DNA of 64,000 bases from Auanema rhodensis (lineage: Eukaryota; Animalia; Nematoda): NCBI GenBank assembly GCA_964057225.1, contig OZ059897.1, positions 18,910,001-18,974,000 of the forward strand, in the 5' to 3' direction. Below, one piece after another: positions 1-13,967 of the stretch (positions within the stretch are counted from its first letter, which is position 1; every line of letters starts with the position of its first letter). The notes beneath the pieces are model-generated. The model was not told where the DNA came from and did not search any database. It was given only the letters and a program-made list of their open reading frames with translations. The translations under genes and the position numbers were made by a program.

Positions 1-3000
1 GAAAAATGATGCATTAGTGTATGTTGAGTTTCCATGTACACTCAACATTGCTTCCAAAAACATTTTGACAAAAATTTTTTCGAAAAATTTCAAAATAATT
101 TAGCAAAAAGTAGATGTTTTTAGATTCCATTTTTCAAGGCAAAGACGATGGACAATGTTATTCAACGAAAAAATTAATTCTTCAGGGTGAAAATCGAGGA
201 TATAAGTGTGAACTTATATCAGTTGATATCTCGGTGCATTTTTAAGCTAGCGCAAATCTGATAACACAGATCGACGCAGCTTAAAAATCCGCATCGAATG
301 CACTATACTACATTGAGAAACGCTTAATACAAAAATTAGTTATGATCGTTTGAAAAATGATGCATTAGTGTATGTTGAGTTTCCATGTACACTCAACATT
401 GCTTCCAAAAACATTTTGACAAAAATGTTTTCGAAAAATTTCAAAATAATTTAGCAAAAAGTAGATGTTTTAAGATTCCATTTTTCAAGGCAAAGACGAT
501 GGACAATGTTATTCAACGAAAAAATTAATTCTTCAGGGTGAAAATCGAGGATATAAGTGTGAACTTATATCAGTTGATATCTCGGTGCATTTTTAAGCTA
601 GCGCAAATCTGATAACACAGATCGACGCAGCTTAAAAATCCGCATCGAATGCACTATACTACATTGAGAAACACTTACTACAAAAATTAGTTATGATCGT
701 TTGAAAAATGATGCATTAGTGTATGTTGAGTTTCCATGTACACTCAACATTGCTTCCAAAAACATTTTGACAAAAATTTTTTCGAAAAATTTCAAAATAA
801 TTTAGCAAAAAGTAGATGTTTTTAGATTCCATTTTTCAAGGCAAAGACGATGGACAATGTTATTCAACGAAAAAATTAATTCTTCAGGGTGAAAATCGAG
901 GATATAAGTGTGAACTTATATCAGTTGATATCTCGGTGCATTTTTAAGCTAGCGCAAATCTGATAACACAGATCGACGCAGCTTAAAAATCCGGATCGAA
1001 TGCACTATACTACATTAAGAAACACTTGATACAAAAATTAGTTATGATCGTTTGAAAAATGATGCATTAGTGTATGTTGAGTTTCCATGTACACTCAACA
1101 TTGCTTCCAAAAACATTTTGACAAAAATTTTTTCGAAAAATTTCAAAATAATTTAGCAAAAAGTAGATGTTTTAAGATTCCATTTTTCAAGGCAAAGACG
1201 ATGGACAATGTTATTCAACGAAAAAATTAATTCTTCAGGGTGAAAATCGAGGATATAAGTGTGAACTTATATCAGTTGATATCTCGGTGCATTTTAAAGC
1301 TAGCGCAAATCTGATAACACAGATCGACGCAGCTTAAAAATCCGCATCGAATGCACTATACTACATTGAGAAACGCTTAATACAAAAATTAGTTATGATC
1401 GTTTGAAAAATGATGCATTAGTGTATGTTGAGTTTCCATGTACACTCAACATTGCTTCCAAAAACATTTTGACAAAAATTTTTTCGAAAAATTTCAAAAT
1501 AATTTAGCAAAAAGTAGATGTTTTTAGATTCCATTTTTCAAGGCAAAGACGATGGACAATGTTATTCAACGAAAAAATTAATTCTTCAGGGTGAAAATCG
1601 AGGATATAAGTGTGAACTTATATCAGTTGATATCTCGGTGCATTTTTAAGCTAGCGCAAATCTGATAACACAGATCGACGCAGCTTAAAAATCCGGATCG
1701 AATGCACTATACTACATTAAGAAACACTTGATACAAAAATTAGTTATGATCGTTTGAAAAATGATGCATTAGTGTATGTTGAGTTTCCATGTACACTCAA
1801 CATTGCTTCCAAAAACATTTTGACAAAAATTTTTTCGAAAAATTTCAAAATAATTTAGCAAAAAGTAGATGTTTTTAGATTCCATTTTTCAAGGCAAAGA
1901 CGATGGACAATGTTATTCAACGAAAAAATTAATTCTTCAGGGTGAAAATCGAGGATATAAGTGTGAACTTATATCAGTTGATATCTCGGTGCATTTTTAA
2001 GCTAGCGCAAATCTGATAACACAGATCGACGCAGCTTAAAAATCCGCATCGAATGCACTATACTACATTGAAAAACGCTTGATACAAAAATTAGTTATGA
2101 TCGTTTGAAAAATGATGCATTAGTGTATGTTGAGTTTCCATGTACACTCAACATTGCTTCCAAAAACATTTCGACAAAAATTTTTTCGAAAAATTTCAAA
2201 ATAATTTAGCAAAAAGTAGATGTTTTTAGATTCCATTTCTCAAGGCAAAGACGATAGACAATGTTATTCAACGAAAAAATTAATTCTTCAGGGTGAAAAT
2301 CGAGGATATAAGTGTGAACTTATATCAGTTGATATCTCGGTGCATTTTTAAGCTAGCGCAAATCTGATAACACAGATCGACGCAGCTTAAAAATCCGCAT
2401 CGAATGCACTATACTACATTGAGAAACGCTTACTACAAAAATTAGTTATGATCGTTTGAAAAATGATGCATTAGTGTATGTTGAGTTTCCATGTACACTC
2501 AACATTGCTTCCAAAAACATTTTGACAAAAATTTTTTCGAAAAATTTCAAAATAATTTAGCAAAAAGTAGATGTTTTTAGATTCCATTTTTCAAGGCAAA
2601 GACGATGGACAATGTTATTCAACGAAAAAATTAATTCTTCAGGGTGAAAATCGAGGATATAAGTGTGAACTTATATCAGTTGATATCTCGGTGCATTTTT
2701 AAGCTAGCGCAAATCTGATAACACAGATCGACGCAGCTTAAAAATCCGGATCGAATGCACTATACTACATTAAGAAACACTTGATACAAAAATTAGTTAT
2801 GATCGTTTGAAAAATGATGCATTAGTGTATGTTGAGTTTCCATGTACACTCAACATTGCTTCCAAAAACATTTTGACAAAAATTTTTTCGAAAAATTTCA
2901 AAATAATTTAGCAAAAAGTAGATGTTTTTAGATTCCATTTTTCAAGGCAAAGACGATGGACAATGTTATTCAACGAAAAAATTAATTCTTCAGGGTGAAA

Positions 3001-6000
3001 ATCGAGGATATAAGTGTGAACTTATATCAGTTGATATCTCGGTGCATTTTTAAGCTAGCGCAAATCTGATAACACAGATCGACGCAGCTTAAAAATCCGC
3101 ATCGAATGCACTATACTACATTGAGAAACGCTTAATACAAAAATTAGTTATGATCGTTTGAAAAATGATGCATTAGTGTATGTTGAGTTTCCATGTACAC
3201 TCAACATTGCTTCCAAAAACATTTTGACAAAAATGTTTTCGAAAAATTTCAAAATAATTTAGCAAAAAGTAGATGTTTTAAGATTCCATTTTTCAAGGCA
3301 AAGACGATGGACAATGTTATTCAACGAAAAAATTAATTCTTCAGGGTGAAAATCGAGGATATAAGTGTGAACTTATATCAGTTGATATCTCGGTGCATTT
3401 TTAAGCTAGCGCAAATCTGATAACACAGATCGACGCAGCTTAAAAATCCGCATCGAATGCACTATACTACATTGAGAAACACTTACTACAAAAATTAGTT
3501 ATGATCGTTTGAAAAATGATGCATTAGTGTATGTTGAGTTTCCATGTACACTCAACATTGCTTCCAAAAACATTTTGACAAAAATTTTTTCGAAAAATTT
3601 CAAAATAATTTAGCAAAAAGTAGATGTTTTTAGATTCCATTTTTCAAGGCAAAGACGATGGACAATGTTATTCAACGAAAAAATTAATTCTTCAGGGTGA
3701 AAATCGAGGATATAAGTGTGAACTTATATCAGTTGATATCTCGGTGCATTTTTAAGCTAGCGCAAATCTGATAACACAGATCGACGCAGCTTAAAAATCC
3801 GGATCGAATGCACTATACTACATTAAGAAACACTTGATACAAAAATTAGTTATGATCGTTTGAAAAATGATGCATTAGTGTATGTTGAGTTTCCATGTAC
3901 ACTCAACATTGCTTCCAAAAACATTTTGACAAAAATTTTTTCGAAAAATTTCAAAATAATTTAGCAAAAAGTAGATGTTTTTAGATTCCATTTCTCAAGG
4001 CAAAGACGATAGACAATGTTATTCAACGAAAAAATTAATTCTTCAGGGTGAAAATCGAGGATATAAGTGTGAACTTATATCAGTTGATATCTCGGTGCAT
4101 TTTTAAGCTAGCGCAAATCTGATAACACAGATCGACGCAGCTTAAAAATCCGCATCGAATGCACTATACTACATTGAGAAACGCTTACTACAAAAATTAG
4201 TTATGATCGTTTGAAAAATGATGCATTAGTGTATGTTGAGTTTCCATGTACACTCAACATTGCTTCCAAAAACATTTTGACAAAAATTTTTTCGAAAAAT
4301 TTCAAAATAATTTAGCAAAAAGTAGATGTTTTTAGATTCCATTTTTCAAGGCAAAGACGATGGACAATGTTATTCAACGAAAAAATTAATTCTTCAGGGT
4401 GAAAATCGAGGATATAAGTGTGAACTTATATCAGTTGATATCTCGGTGCATTTTTAAGCTAGCGCAAATCTGATAACACAGATCGACGCAGCTTAAAAAT
4501 CCGGATCGAATGCACTATACTACATTAAGAAACACTTGATACAAAAATTAGTTATGATCGTTTGAAAAATGATGCATTAGTGTATGTTGAGTTTCCATGT
4601 ACACTCAACATTGCTTCCAAAAACATTTTGACAAAAATTTTTTCGAAAAATTTCAAAATAATTTAGCAAAAAGTAGATGTTTTTAGATTCCATTTTTCAA
4701 GGCAAAGACGATGGACAATGTTATTCAACGAAAAAATTAATTCTTCAGGGTGAAAATCGAGGATATAAGTGTGAACTTATATCAGTTGATATCTCGGTGC
4801 ATTTTTAAGCTAGCGCAAATCTGATAACACAGATCGACGCAGCTTAAAAATCCGCATCGAATGCACTATACTACATTGAGAAACGCTTAATACAAAAATT
4901 AGTTATGATCGTTTGAAAAATGATGCATTAGTGTATGTTGAGTTTCCATGTACACTCAACATTGCTTCCAAAAACATTTTGACAAAAATGTTTTCGAAAA
5001 ATTTCAAAATAATTTAGCAAAAAGTAGATGTTTTAAGATTCCATTTTTCAAGGCAAAGACGATGGACAATGTTATTCAACGAAAAAATTAATTCTTCAGG
5101 GTGAAAATCGAGGATATAAGTGTGAACTTATATCAGTTGATATCTCGGTGCATTTTTAAGCTAGCGCAAATCTGATAACACAGATCGACGCAGCTTAAAA
5201 ATCCGCATCGAATGCACTATACTACATTGAGAAACACTTACTACAAAAATTAGTTATGATCGTTTGAAAAATGATGCATTAGTGTATGTTGAGTTTCCAT
5301 GTACACTCAACATTGCTTCCAAAAACATTTTGACAAAAATTTTTTCGAAAAATTTCAAAATAATTTAGCAAAAAGTAGATGTTTTTAGATTCCATTTTTC
5401 AAGGCAAAGACGATGGACAATGTTATTCAACGAAAAAATTAATTCTTCAGGGTGAAAATCGAGGATATAAGTGTGAACTTATATCAGTTGATATCTCGGT
5501 GCATTTTTAAGCTAGCGCAAATCTGATAACACAGATCGACGCAGCTTAAAAATCCGGATCGAATGCACTATACTACATTAAGAAACACTTGATACAAAAA
5601 TTAGTTATGATCGTTTGAAAAATGATGCATTAGTGTATGTTGAGTTTCCATGTACACTCAACATTGCTTCCAAAAACATTTTGACAAAAATTTTTTCGAA
5701 AAATTTCAAAATAATTTAGCAAAAAGTAGATGTTTTTAGATTCCATTTTTCAAGGCAAAGACGATGGACAATGTTATTCAACGAAAAAATTAATTCTTCA
5801 GGGTGAAAATCGAGGATATAAGTGTGAACTTATATCAGTTGATATCTCGGTGCATTTTTAAGCTAGCGCAAATCTGATAACACAGATCGACGCAGCTTAA
5901 AAATCCGCATCGAATGCACTATACTACATTAAGAAACGCTTGATACAAGAATTAGTTATGATCGTTTGAAAAATGATGCATTAGTGTATGTTGAGTTTCC

Positions 6001-9000
6001 ATGTACACTCAACATTGCTTCCAAAAACATTTTGACAAAAATTTTTTCGAAAAATTTCAAAATAATTTAGCAAAAAGTAGATGTTTTTAGATTCCATTTT
6101 TCAAGGCAAAGACGATGGACAATGTTATTCAACGAAGAAATTAATTCTTCAGGGTGAAAATCGAGGATATAAGTGTGAACTTATATCAGTTGATATCTCG
6201 GTGCATTTTTAAGCTAGCGCAAATCTGATAACACAGATCGACGCAGCTTAAAAATCCGCATCGAATGCACTATACTACATTGAGAAACGCTTAATACAAA
6301 AATTAGTTATGATCGTTTGAAAAATGATGCATTAGTGTATGTTGAGTTTCCATGTACACTCAACATTGCTTCCAAAAACATTTTGACAAAAATTTTTTCG
6401 AAAAATTTCAAAATAATTTAGCAGAAAGTAGATGTTTTAAGATTCCATTTTTCAAGGCAAAGACGATGGACAATGTTATTCAACGAAAAAATTAATTCTT
6501 CAGGGTGAAAATCGAGGATATAAGTGTGAACTTATATCAGTTGATATCTCGGTGCATTTTAAAGCTAGCGCAAATCTGATAACACAGATCGACGCAGCTT
6601 AAAAATCCGCATCGAATGCACTATACTACATTGAGAAACGCTTAATACAAAAATTAGTTATGATCGTTTGAAAAATGATGCATTAGTGTATGTTGAGTTT
6701 CCATGTACACTCAACATTGCTTCCAAAAACATTTTGACAAAAATTTTTTCGAAAAATTTCAAAATAATTTAGCAAAAAGTAGATGTTTTTAGATTCCATT
6801 TTTCAAGGCAAAGACGATGGACAATGTTATTCAACGAAAAAATTAATTCTTCAGGGTGAAAATCGAGGATATAAGTGTGAACTTATATCAGTTGATATCT
6901 CGGTGCATTTTTAAGCTAGCGCAAATCTGATAACACAGATCGACGCAGCTTAAAAATCCGCATCGAATGCACTATACTACATTGAGAAACGCTTAATACA
7001 AAAATTAGTTATGATCGTTTGAAAAATGATGCATTAGTGTATGTTGAGTTTCCATGTACACTCAACATTGCTTCCAAAAACATTTTGACAAAAATTTTTT
7101 CGAAAAATTTCAAAATAATTTAGCAAAAAGTAGATGTTTTTAGATTCCATTTTTCAAGGCAAAGACGATGGACAATGTTATTCAACGAAAAAATTAATTC
7201 TTCAGGGTGAAAATCGAGGATATAAGTGTGAACTTATATCAGTTGATATCTCGGTGCATTTTTAAGCTAGCGCAAATCTGATAACACAGATCGACGCAGC
7301 TTAAAAATCCGCATCGAATGCACTATACTACATTGAGAAACGCTTAATACAAAAATTAGTTATGATCGTTTGAAAAATGATGCATTAGTGTATGTTGAGT
7401 TTCCATGTACACTCAACATTGCTTCCAAAAACATTTTGACAAAAATTTTTTCGAAAAATTTCAAAATAATTTAGCAAAAAGTAGATGTTTTTAGATTCCA
7501 TTTTTCAAGGCAAAGACGATGGACAATGTTATTCAACGAAAAAATTAATTCTTCAGGGTGAAAATCGAGGATATAAGTGTGAACTTATATCAGTTGATAT
7601 CTCGGTGCATTTTTAAGCTAGCGCAAATCTGATAACACAGATCGACGCAGCTTAAAAATCCGGATCGAATGCACTATACTACATTAAGAAACACTTGATA
7701 CAAAAATTAGTTATGATCGTTTGAAAAATGATGCATTAGTGTATGTTGAGTTTCCATGTACACTCAACATTGCTTCCAAAAACATTTTGACAAAAATTTT
7801 TTCGAAAAATTTCAAAATAATTTAGCAAAAAGTAGATGTTTTTAGTTTCCATTTTTCAAGGCAAAGACGATGGACAATGTTATTCAACGAAAAAATTAAT
7901 TCTTCAGGGTGAAAATCGAGGATATAAGTGTGAACTTATATCAGTTGATATCTCGGTGCATTTTTAAGCTAGCGCAAATCTGATAACACAGATCGACGCA
8001 GCTTAAAAATCCGCATCGAATGCACTATACTACATTGAGAAACGCTTAATACAAAAATTAGTTATGATCGTTTGAAAAATGATGCATTAGTGTATGTTGA
8101 GTTTCCATGTACACTCAACATTGCTTCCAAAAACATTTTGACAAAAATTTTTTCGAAAAATTTCAAAATAATTTAGCAAAAAGTAGATGTTTTAAGATTC
8201 CATTTTTCAAGGCAAAGACGATGGACAATGTTATTCAACGAAAAAATTAATTCTTCAGGGTGAAAATCGAGGATATAAGTGTGAACTTATATCAGTTGAT
8301 ATCTCGGTGCATTTTAAAGCTAGCGCAAATCTGATAACACAGATCGACGCAGCTTAAAAATCCGCATCGAATGCACTATACTACATTGAGAAACGCTTAA
8401 TACAAAAATTAGTTATGATCGTTTGAAAAATGATGCATTAGTGTATGTTGAGTTTCCATGTACACTCAACATTGCTTCCAAAAACATTTTGACAAAAATT
8501 TTTTCGAAAAATTTCAAAATAATTTAGCAAAAAGTAGATGTTTTTAGATTCCATTTTTCAAGGCAAAGACGATGGACAATGTTATTCAACGAAAAAATTA
8601 ATTCTTCAGGGTGAAAATCGAGGATATAAGTGTGAACTTATATCAGTTGATATCTCGGTGCATTTTTAAGCTAGCGCAAATCTGATAACACAGATCGACG
8701 CAGCTTAAAAATCCGGATCGAATGCACTATACTACATTAAGAAACACTTGATACAAAAATTAGTTATGATCGTTTGAAAAATGATGCATTAGTGTATGTT
8801 GAGTTTCCATGTACACTCAACATTGCTTCCAAAAACATTTTGACAAAAATTTTTTCGAAAAATTTCAAAATAATTTAGCAAAAAGTAGATGTTTTTAGAT
8901 TCCATTTTTCAAGGCAAAGACGATGGACAATGTTATTCAACGAAAAAATTAATTCTTCAGGGTGAAAATCGAGGATATAAGTGTGAACTTATATCAGTTG

Positions 9001-12000
9001 ATATCTCGGTGCATTTTTAAGCTAGCGCAAATCTGATAACACAGATCGACGCAGCTTACAAATCCGCATCGAATGCACTATACTACATTGAAAAACGCTT
9101 GATACAAAAATTAGTTATGATCGTTTGAAAAATGATGCATTAGTGTATGTTGAGTTTCCATGTACACTCAACATTGCTTCCAAAAACATTTCGACAAAAA
9201 TTTTTTCGAAAAATTTCAAAATAATTTAGCAAAAAGTAGATGTTTTTAGATTCCATTTCTCAAGGCAAAGACGATAGACAATGTTATTCAACGAAAAAAT
9301 TAATTCTTCAGGGTGAAAATCGAGGATATAAGTGTGAACTTATATCAGTTGATATCTCGGTGCATTTTTAAGCTAGCGCAAATCTGATAACACAGATCGA
9401 CGCAGCTTAAAAATCCGCATCGAATGCACTATACTACATTGAGAAACGCTTACTACAAAAATTAGTTATGATCGTTTGAAAAATGATGCATTAGTGTATG
9501 TTGAGTTTCCATGTACACTCAACATTGCTTCCAAAAACATTTTGACAAAAATTTTTTCGAAAAATTTCAAAATAATTTAGCAAAAAGTAGATGTTTTTAG
9601 TTTCCATTTTTCAAGGCAAAGACGATGGACAATGTTATTCAACGAAAAAATTAATTCTTCAGGGTGAAAATCGAGGATATAAGTGTGAACTTATATCAGT
9701 TGATATCTCGGTGCATTTTTAAGCTAGCGCAAATCTGATAACACAGATCGACGCAGCTTAAAAATCCGCATCGAATGCACTATACTACATTGAGAAACGC
9801 TTAATACAAAAATTAGTTATGATCGTTTGAAAAATGATGCATTAGTGTATGTTGAGTTTCCATGTACACTCAACATTGCTTCCAAAAACATTTTGACAAA
9901 AATTTTTTCGAAAAATTTCAAAATAATTTAGCAAAAAGTAGATGTTTTAAGATTCCATTTTTCAAGGCAAAGACGATGGACAATGTTATTCAACGAAAAA
10001 ATTAATTCTTCAGGGTGAAAATCGAGGATATAAGTGTGAACTTATATCAGTTGATATCTCGGTGCATTTTAAAGCTAGCGCAAATCTGATAACACAGATC
10101 GACGCAGCTTAAAAATCCGCATCGAATGCACTATACTACATTGAGAAACGCTTAATACAAAAATTAGTTATGATCGTTTGAAAAATGATGCATTAGTGTA
10201 TGTTGAGTTTCCATGTACACTCAACATTGCTTCCAAAAACATTTTGACAAAAATTTTTTCGAAAAATTTCAAAATAATTTAGCAAAAAGTAGATGTTTTT
10301 AGATTCCATTTTTCAAGGCAAAGACGATGGACAATGTTATTCAACGAAAAAATTAATTCTTCAGGGTGAAAATCGAGGATATAAGTGTGAACTTATATCA
10401 GTTGATATCTCGGTGCATTTTTAAGCTAGCGCAAATCTGATAACACAGATCGACGCAGCTTAAAAATCCGGATCGAATGCACTATACTACATTAAGAAAC
10501 ACTTGATACAAAAATTAGTTATGATCGTTTGAAAAATGATGCATTAGTGTATGTTGAGTTTCCATGTACACTCAACATTGCTTCCAAAAACATTTTGACA
10601 AAAATTTTTTCGAAAAATTTCAAAATAATTTAGCAAAAAGTAGATGTTTTTAGATTCCATTTTTCAAGGCAAAGACGATGGACAATGTTATTCAACGAAA
10701 AAATTAATTCTTCAGGGTGAAAATCGAGGATATAAGTGTGAACTTATATCAGTTGATATCTCGGTGCATTTTTAAGCTAGCGCAAATCTGATAACACAGA
10801 TCGACGCAGCTTACAAATCCGCATCGAATGCACTATACTACATTGAAAAACGCTTGATACAAAAATTAGTTATGATCGTTTGAAAAATGATGCATTAGTG
10901 TATGTTGAGTTTCCATGTACACTCAACATTGCTTCCAAAAACATTTCGACAAAAATTTTTTCGAAAAATTTCAAAATAATTTAGCAAAAAGTAGATGTTT
11001 TTAGATTCCATTTCTCAAGGCAAAGACGATAGACAATGTTATTCAACGAAAAAATTAATTCTTCAGGGTGAAAATCGAGGATATAAGTGTGAACTTATAT
11101 CAGTTGATATCTCGGTGCATTTTTAAGCTAGCGCAAATCTGATAACACAGATCGACGCAGCTTAAAAATCCGCATCGAATGCACTATACTACATTGAGAA
11201 ACGCTTACTACAAAAATTAGTTATGATCGTTTGAAAAATGATGCATTAGTGTATGTTGAGTTTCCATGTACACTCAACATTGCTTCCAAAAACATTTTGA
11301 CAAAAATTTTTTCGAAAAATTTCAAAATAATTTAGCAAAAAGTAGATGTTTTTAGATTCCATTTTTCAAGGCAAAGACGATGGACAATGTTATTCAACGA
11401 AAAAATTAATTCTTCAGGGTGAAAATCGAGGATATAAGTGTGAACTTATATCAGTTGATATCTCGGTGCATTTTTAAGCTAGCGCAAATCTGATAACACA
11501 GATCGACGCAGCTTAAAAATCCGGATCGAATGCACTATACTACATTAAGAAACACTTGATACAAAAATTAGTTATGATCGTTTGAAAAATGATGCATTAG
11601 TGTATGTTGAGTTTCCATGTACACTCAACATTGCTTCCAAAAACATTTTGACAAAAATTTTTTCGAAAAATTTCAAAATAATTTAGCAAAAAGTAGATGT
11701 TTTTAGATTCCATTTTTCAAGGCAAAGACGATGGACAATGTTATTCAACGAAAAAATTAATTCTTCAGGGTGAAAATCGAGGATATAAGTGTGAACTTAT
11801 ATCAGTTGATATCTCGGTGCATTTTTAAGCTAGCGCAAATCTGATAACACAGATCGACGCAGCTTAAAAATCCGCATCGAATGCACTATACTACATTGAG
11901 AAACGCTTAATACAAAAATTAGTTATGATCGTTTGAAAAATGATGCATTAGTGTATGTTGAGTTTCCATGTACACTCAACATTGCTTCCAAAAACATTTT

Positions 12001-13967
12001 GACAAAAATTTTTTCGAAAAATTTCAAAATAATTTAGCAAAAAGTAGATGTTTTAAGATTCCATTTTTCAAGGCAAAGACGATGGACAATGTTATTCAAC
12101 GAAAAAATTAATTCTTCAGGGTGAAAATCGAGGATATAAGTGTGAACTTATATCAGTTGATATCTCGGTGCATTTTTAAGCTAGCGCAAATCTGATAACA
12201 CAGATCGACGCAGCTTAAAAATCCGCATCGAATGCACTATACTACATTGAGAAACGCTTACTACAAAAATTAGTTATGATCGTTTGAAAAATGATGCATT
12301 AGTGTATGTTGAGTTTCCATGTACACTCAACATTGCTTCCAAAAACATTTTGACAAAAATTTTTTCGAAAAATTTCAAAATAATTTAGCAAAAAGTAGAT
12401 GTTTTTAGATTCCATTTTTCAAGGCAAAGACGATGGACAATGTTATTCAACGAAAAAATTAATTCTTCAGGGTGAAAATCGAGGATATAAGTGTGAACTT
12501 ATATCAGTTGATATCTCGGTGCATTTTTAAGCTAGCGCAAATCTGATAACACAGATCGACGCAGCTTAAAAATCCGGATCGAATGCACTATACTACATTA
12601 AGAAACACTTGATACAAAAATTAGTTATGATCGTTTGAAAAATGATGCATTAGTGTATGTTGAGTTTCCATGTACACTCAACATTGCTTCCAAAAACATT
12701 TTGACAAAAATTTTTTCGAAAAATTTCAAAATAATTTAGCAAAAAGTAGATGTTTTTAGATTCCATTTTTCAAGGCAAAGACGATGGACAATGTTATTCA
12801 ACGAAAAAATTAATTCTTCAGGGTGAAAATCGAGGATATAAGTGTGAACTTATATCAGTTGATATCTCGGTGCATTTTTAAGCTAGCGCAAATCTGATAA
12901 CACAGATCGACGCAGCTTAAAAATCCGCATCGAATGCACTATACTACATTGAGAAACGCTTAATACAAAAATTAGTTATGATCGTTTGAAAAATGATGCA
13001 TTAGTGTATGTTGAGTTTCCATGTACACTCAACATTGCTTCCAAAAACATTTTGACAAAAATTTTTTCGAAAAATTTCAAAATAATTTAGCAAAAAGTAG
13101 ATGTTTTAAGATTCCATTTTTCAAGGCAAAGACGATGGACAATGTTATTCAACGAAAAAATTAATTCTTCAGGGTGAAAATCGAGGATATAAGTGTGAAC
13201 TTATATCAGTTGATATCTCGGTGCATTTTTAAGCTAGCGCAAATCTGATAACACAGATCGACGCAGCTTAAAAATCCGCATCGAATGCACTATACTACAT
13301 TGAGAAACGCTTACTACAAAAATTAGTTATGATCGTTTGAAAAATGATGCATTAGTGTATGTTGAGTTTCCATGTACACTCAACATTGCTTCCAAAAACA
13401 TTTTGACAAAAATTTTTTCGAAAAATTTCAAAATAATTTAGCAAAAAGTAGATGTTTTTAGATTCCATTTTTCAAGGCAAAGACGATGGACAATGTTATT
13501 CAACGAAAAAATTAATTCTTCAGGGTGAAAATCGAGGATATAAGTGTGAACTTATATCAGTTGATATCTCGGTGCATTTTTAAGCTAGCGCAAATCTGAT
13601 AACACAGATCGACGCAGCTTAAAAATCCGGATCGAATGCACTATACTACATTAAGAAACACTTGATACAAAAATTAGTTATGATCGTTTGAAAAATGATG
13701 CATTAGTGTATGTTGAGTTTCCATGTACACTCAACATTGCTTCCAAAAACATTTTGACAAAAATTTTTTCGAAAAATTTCAAAATAATTTAGCAAAAAGT
13801 AGATGTTTTTAGATTCCATTTTTCAAGGCAAAGACGATGGACAATGTTATTCAACGAAAAAATTAATTCTTCAGGGTGAAAATCGAGGATATAAGTGTGA
13901 ACTTATATCAGTTGATATCTCGGTGCATTTTTAAGCTAGCGCAAATCTGATAACACAGATCGACGCA
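1..13967. repeat. Tandem satellite array, 351-bp monomer, left block (~39.8 copies)
   Basis: GAAAAATGATGCATTAGTG recurs at 1, 352, 703 ... 3511, 7021, 10531, 13690, exactly every 351 bp with no net indel. Copies differ only at a few SNP sites. Confidence 0.99.
13964..13967 (+). other. Target-site duplication CGCA (left copy)
   Basis: The uninterrupted monomer reads GATCGA-CGCA-GCTTAA. CGCA is present both before 13968 and at 21632-21635. Confidence 0.85.

Noticed and set aside
1-215. Monomer as a dimer of two ~175-bp ancestral halves (TGAAAAATGATGCATTAGTGT vs TGAAAATCGAGGATATAAGTGT)
   Set aside because: The similarity covers only ~20 bp at an offset of 188/163 bp and does not extend. It is not supportable without alignment statistics.
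1-351. 5S rRNA, SL RNA, tRNA or snRNA tandem gene unit
   Set aside because: I recognise no 5S sequence, SL1 leader (GGTTTAATTACCCAAGTTTGAG), tRNA A/B boxes or cloverleaf on either strand.
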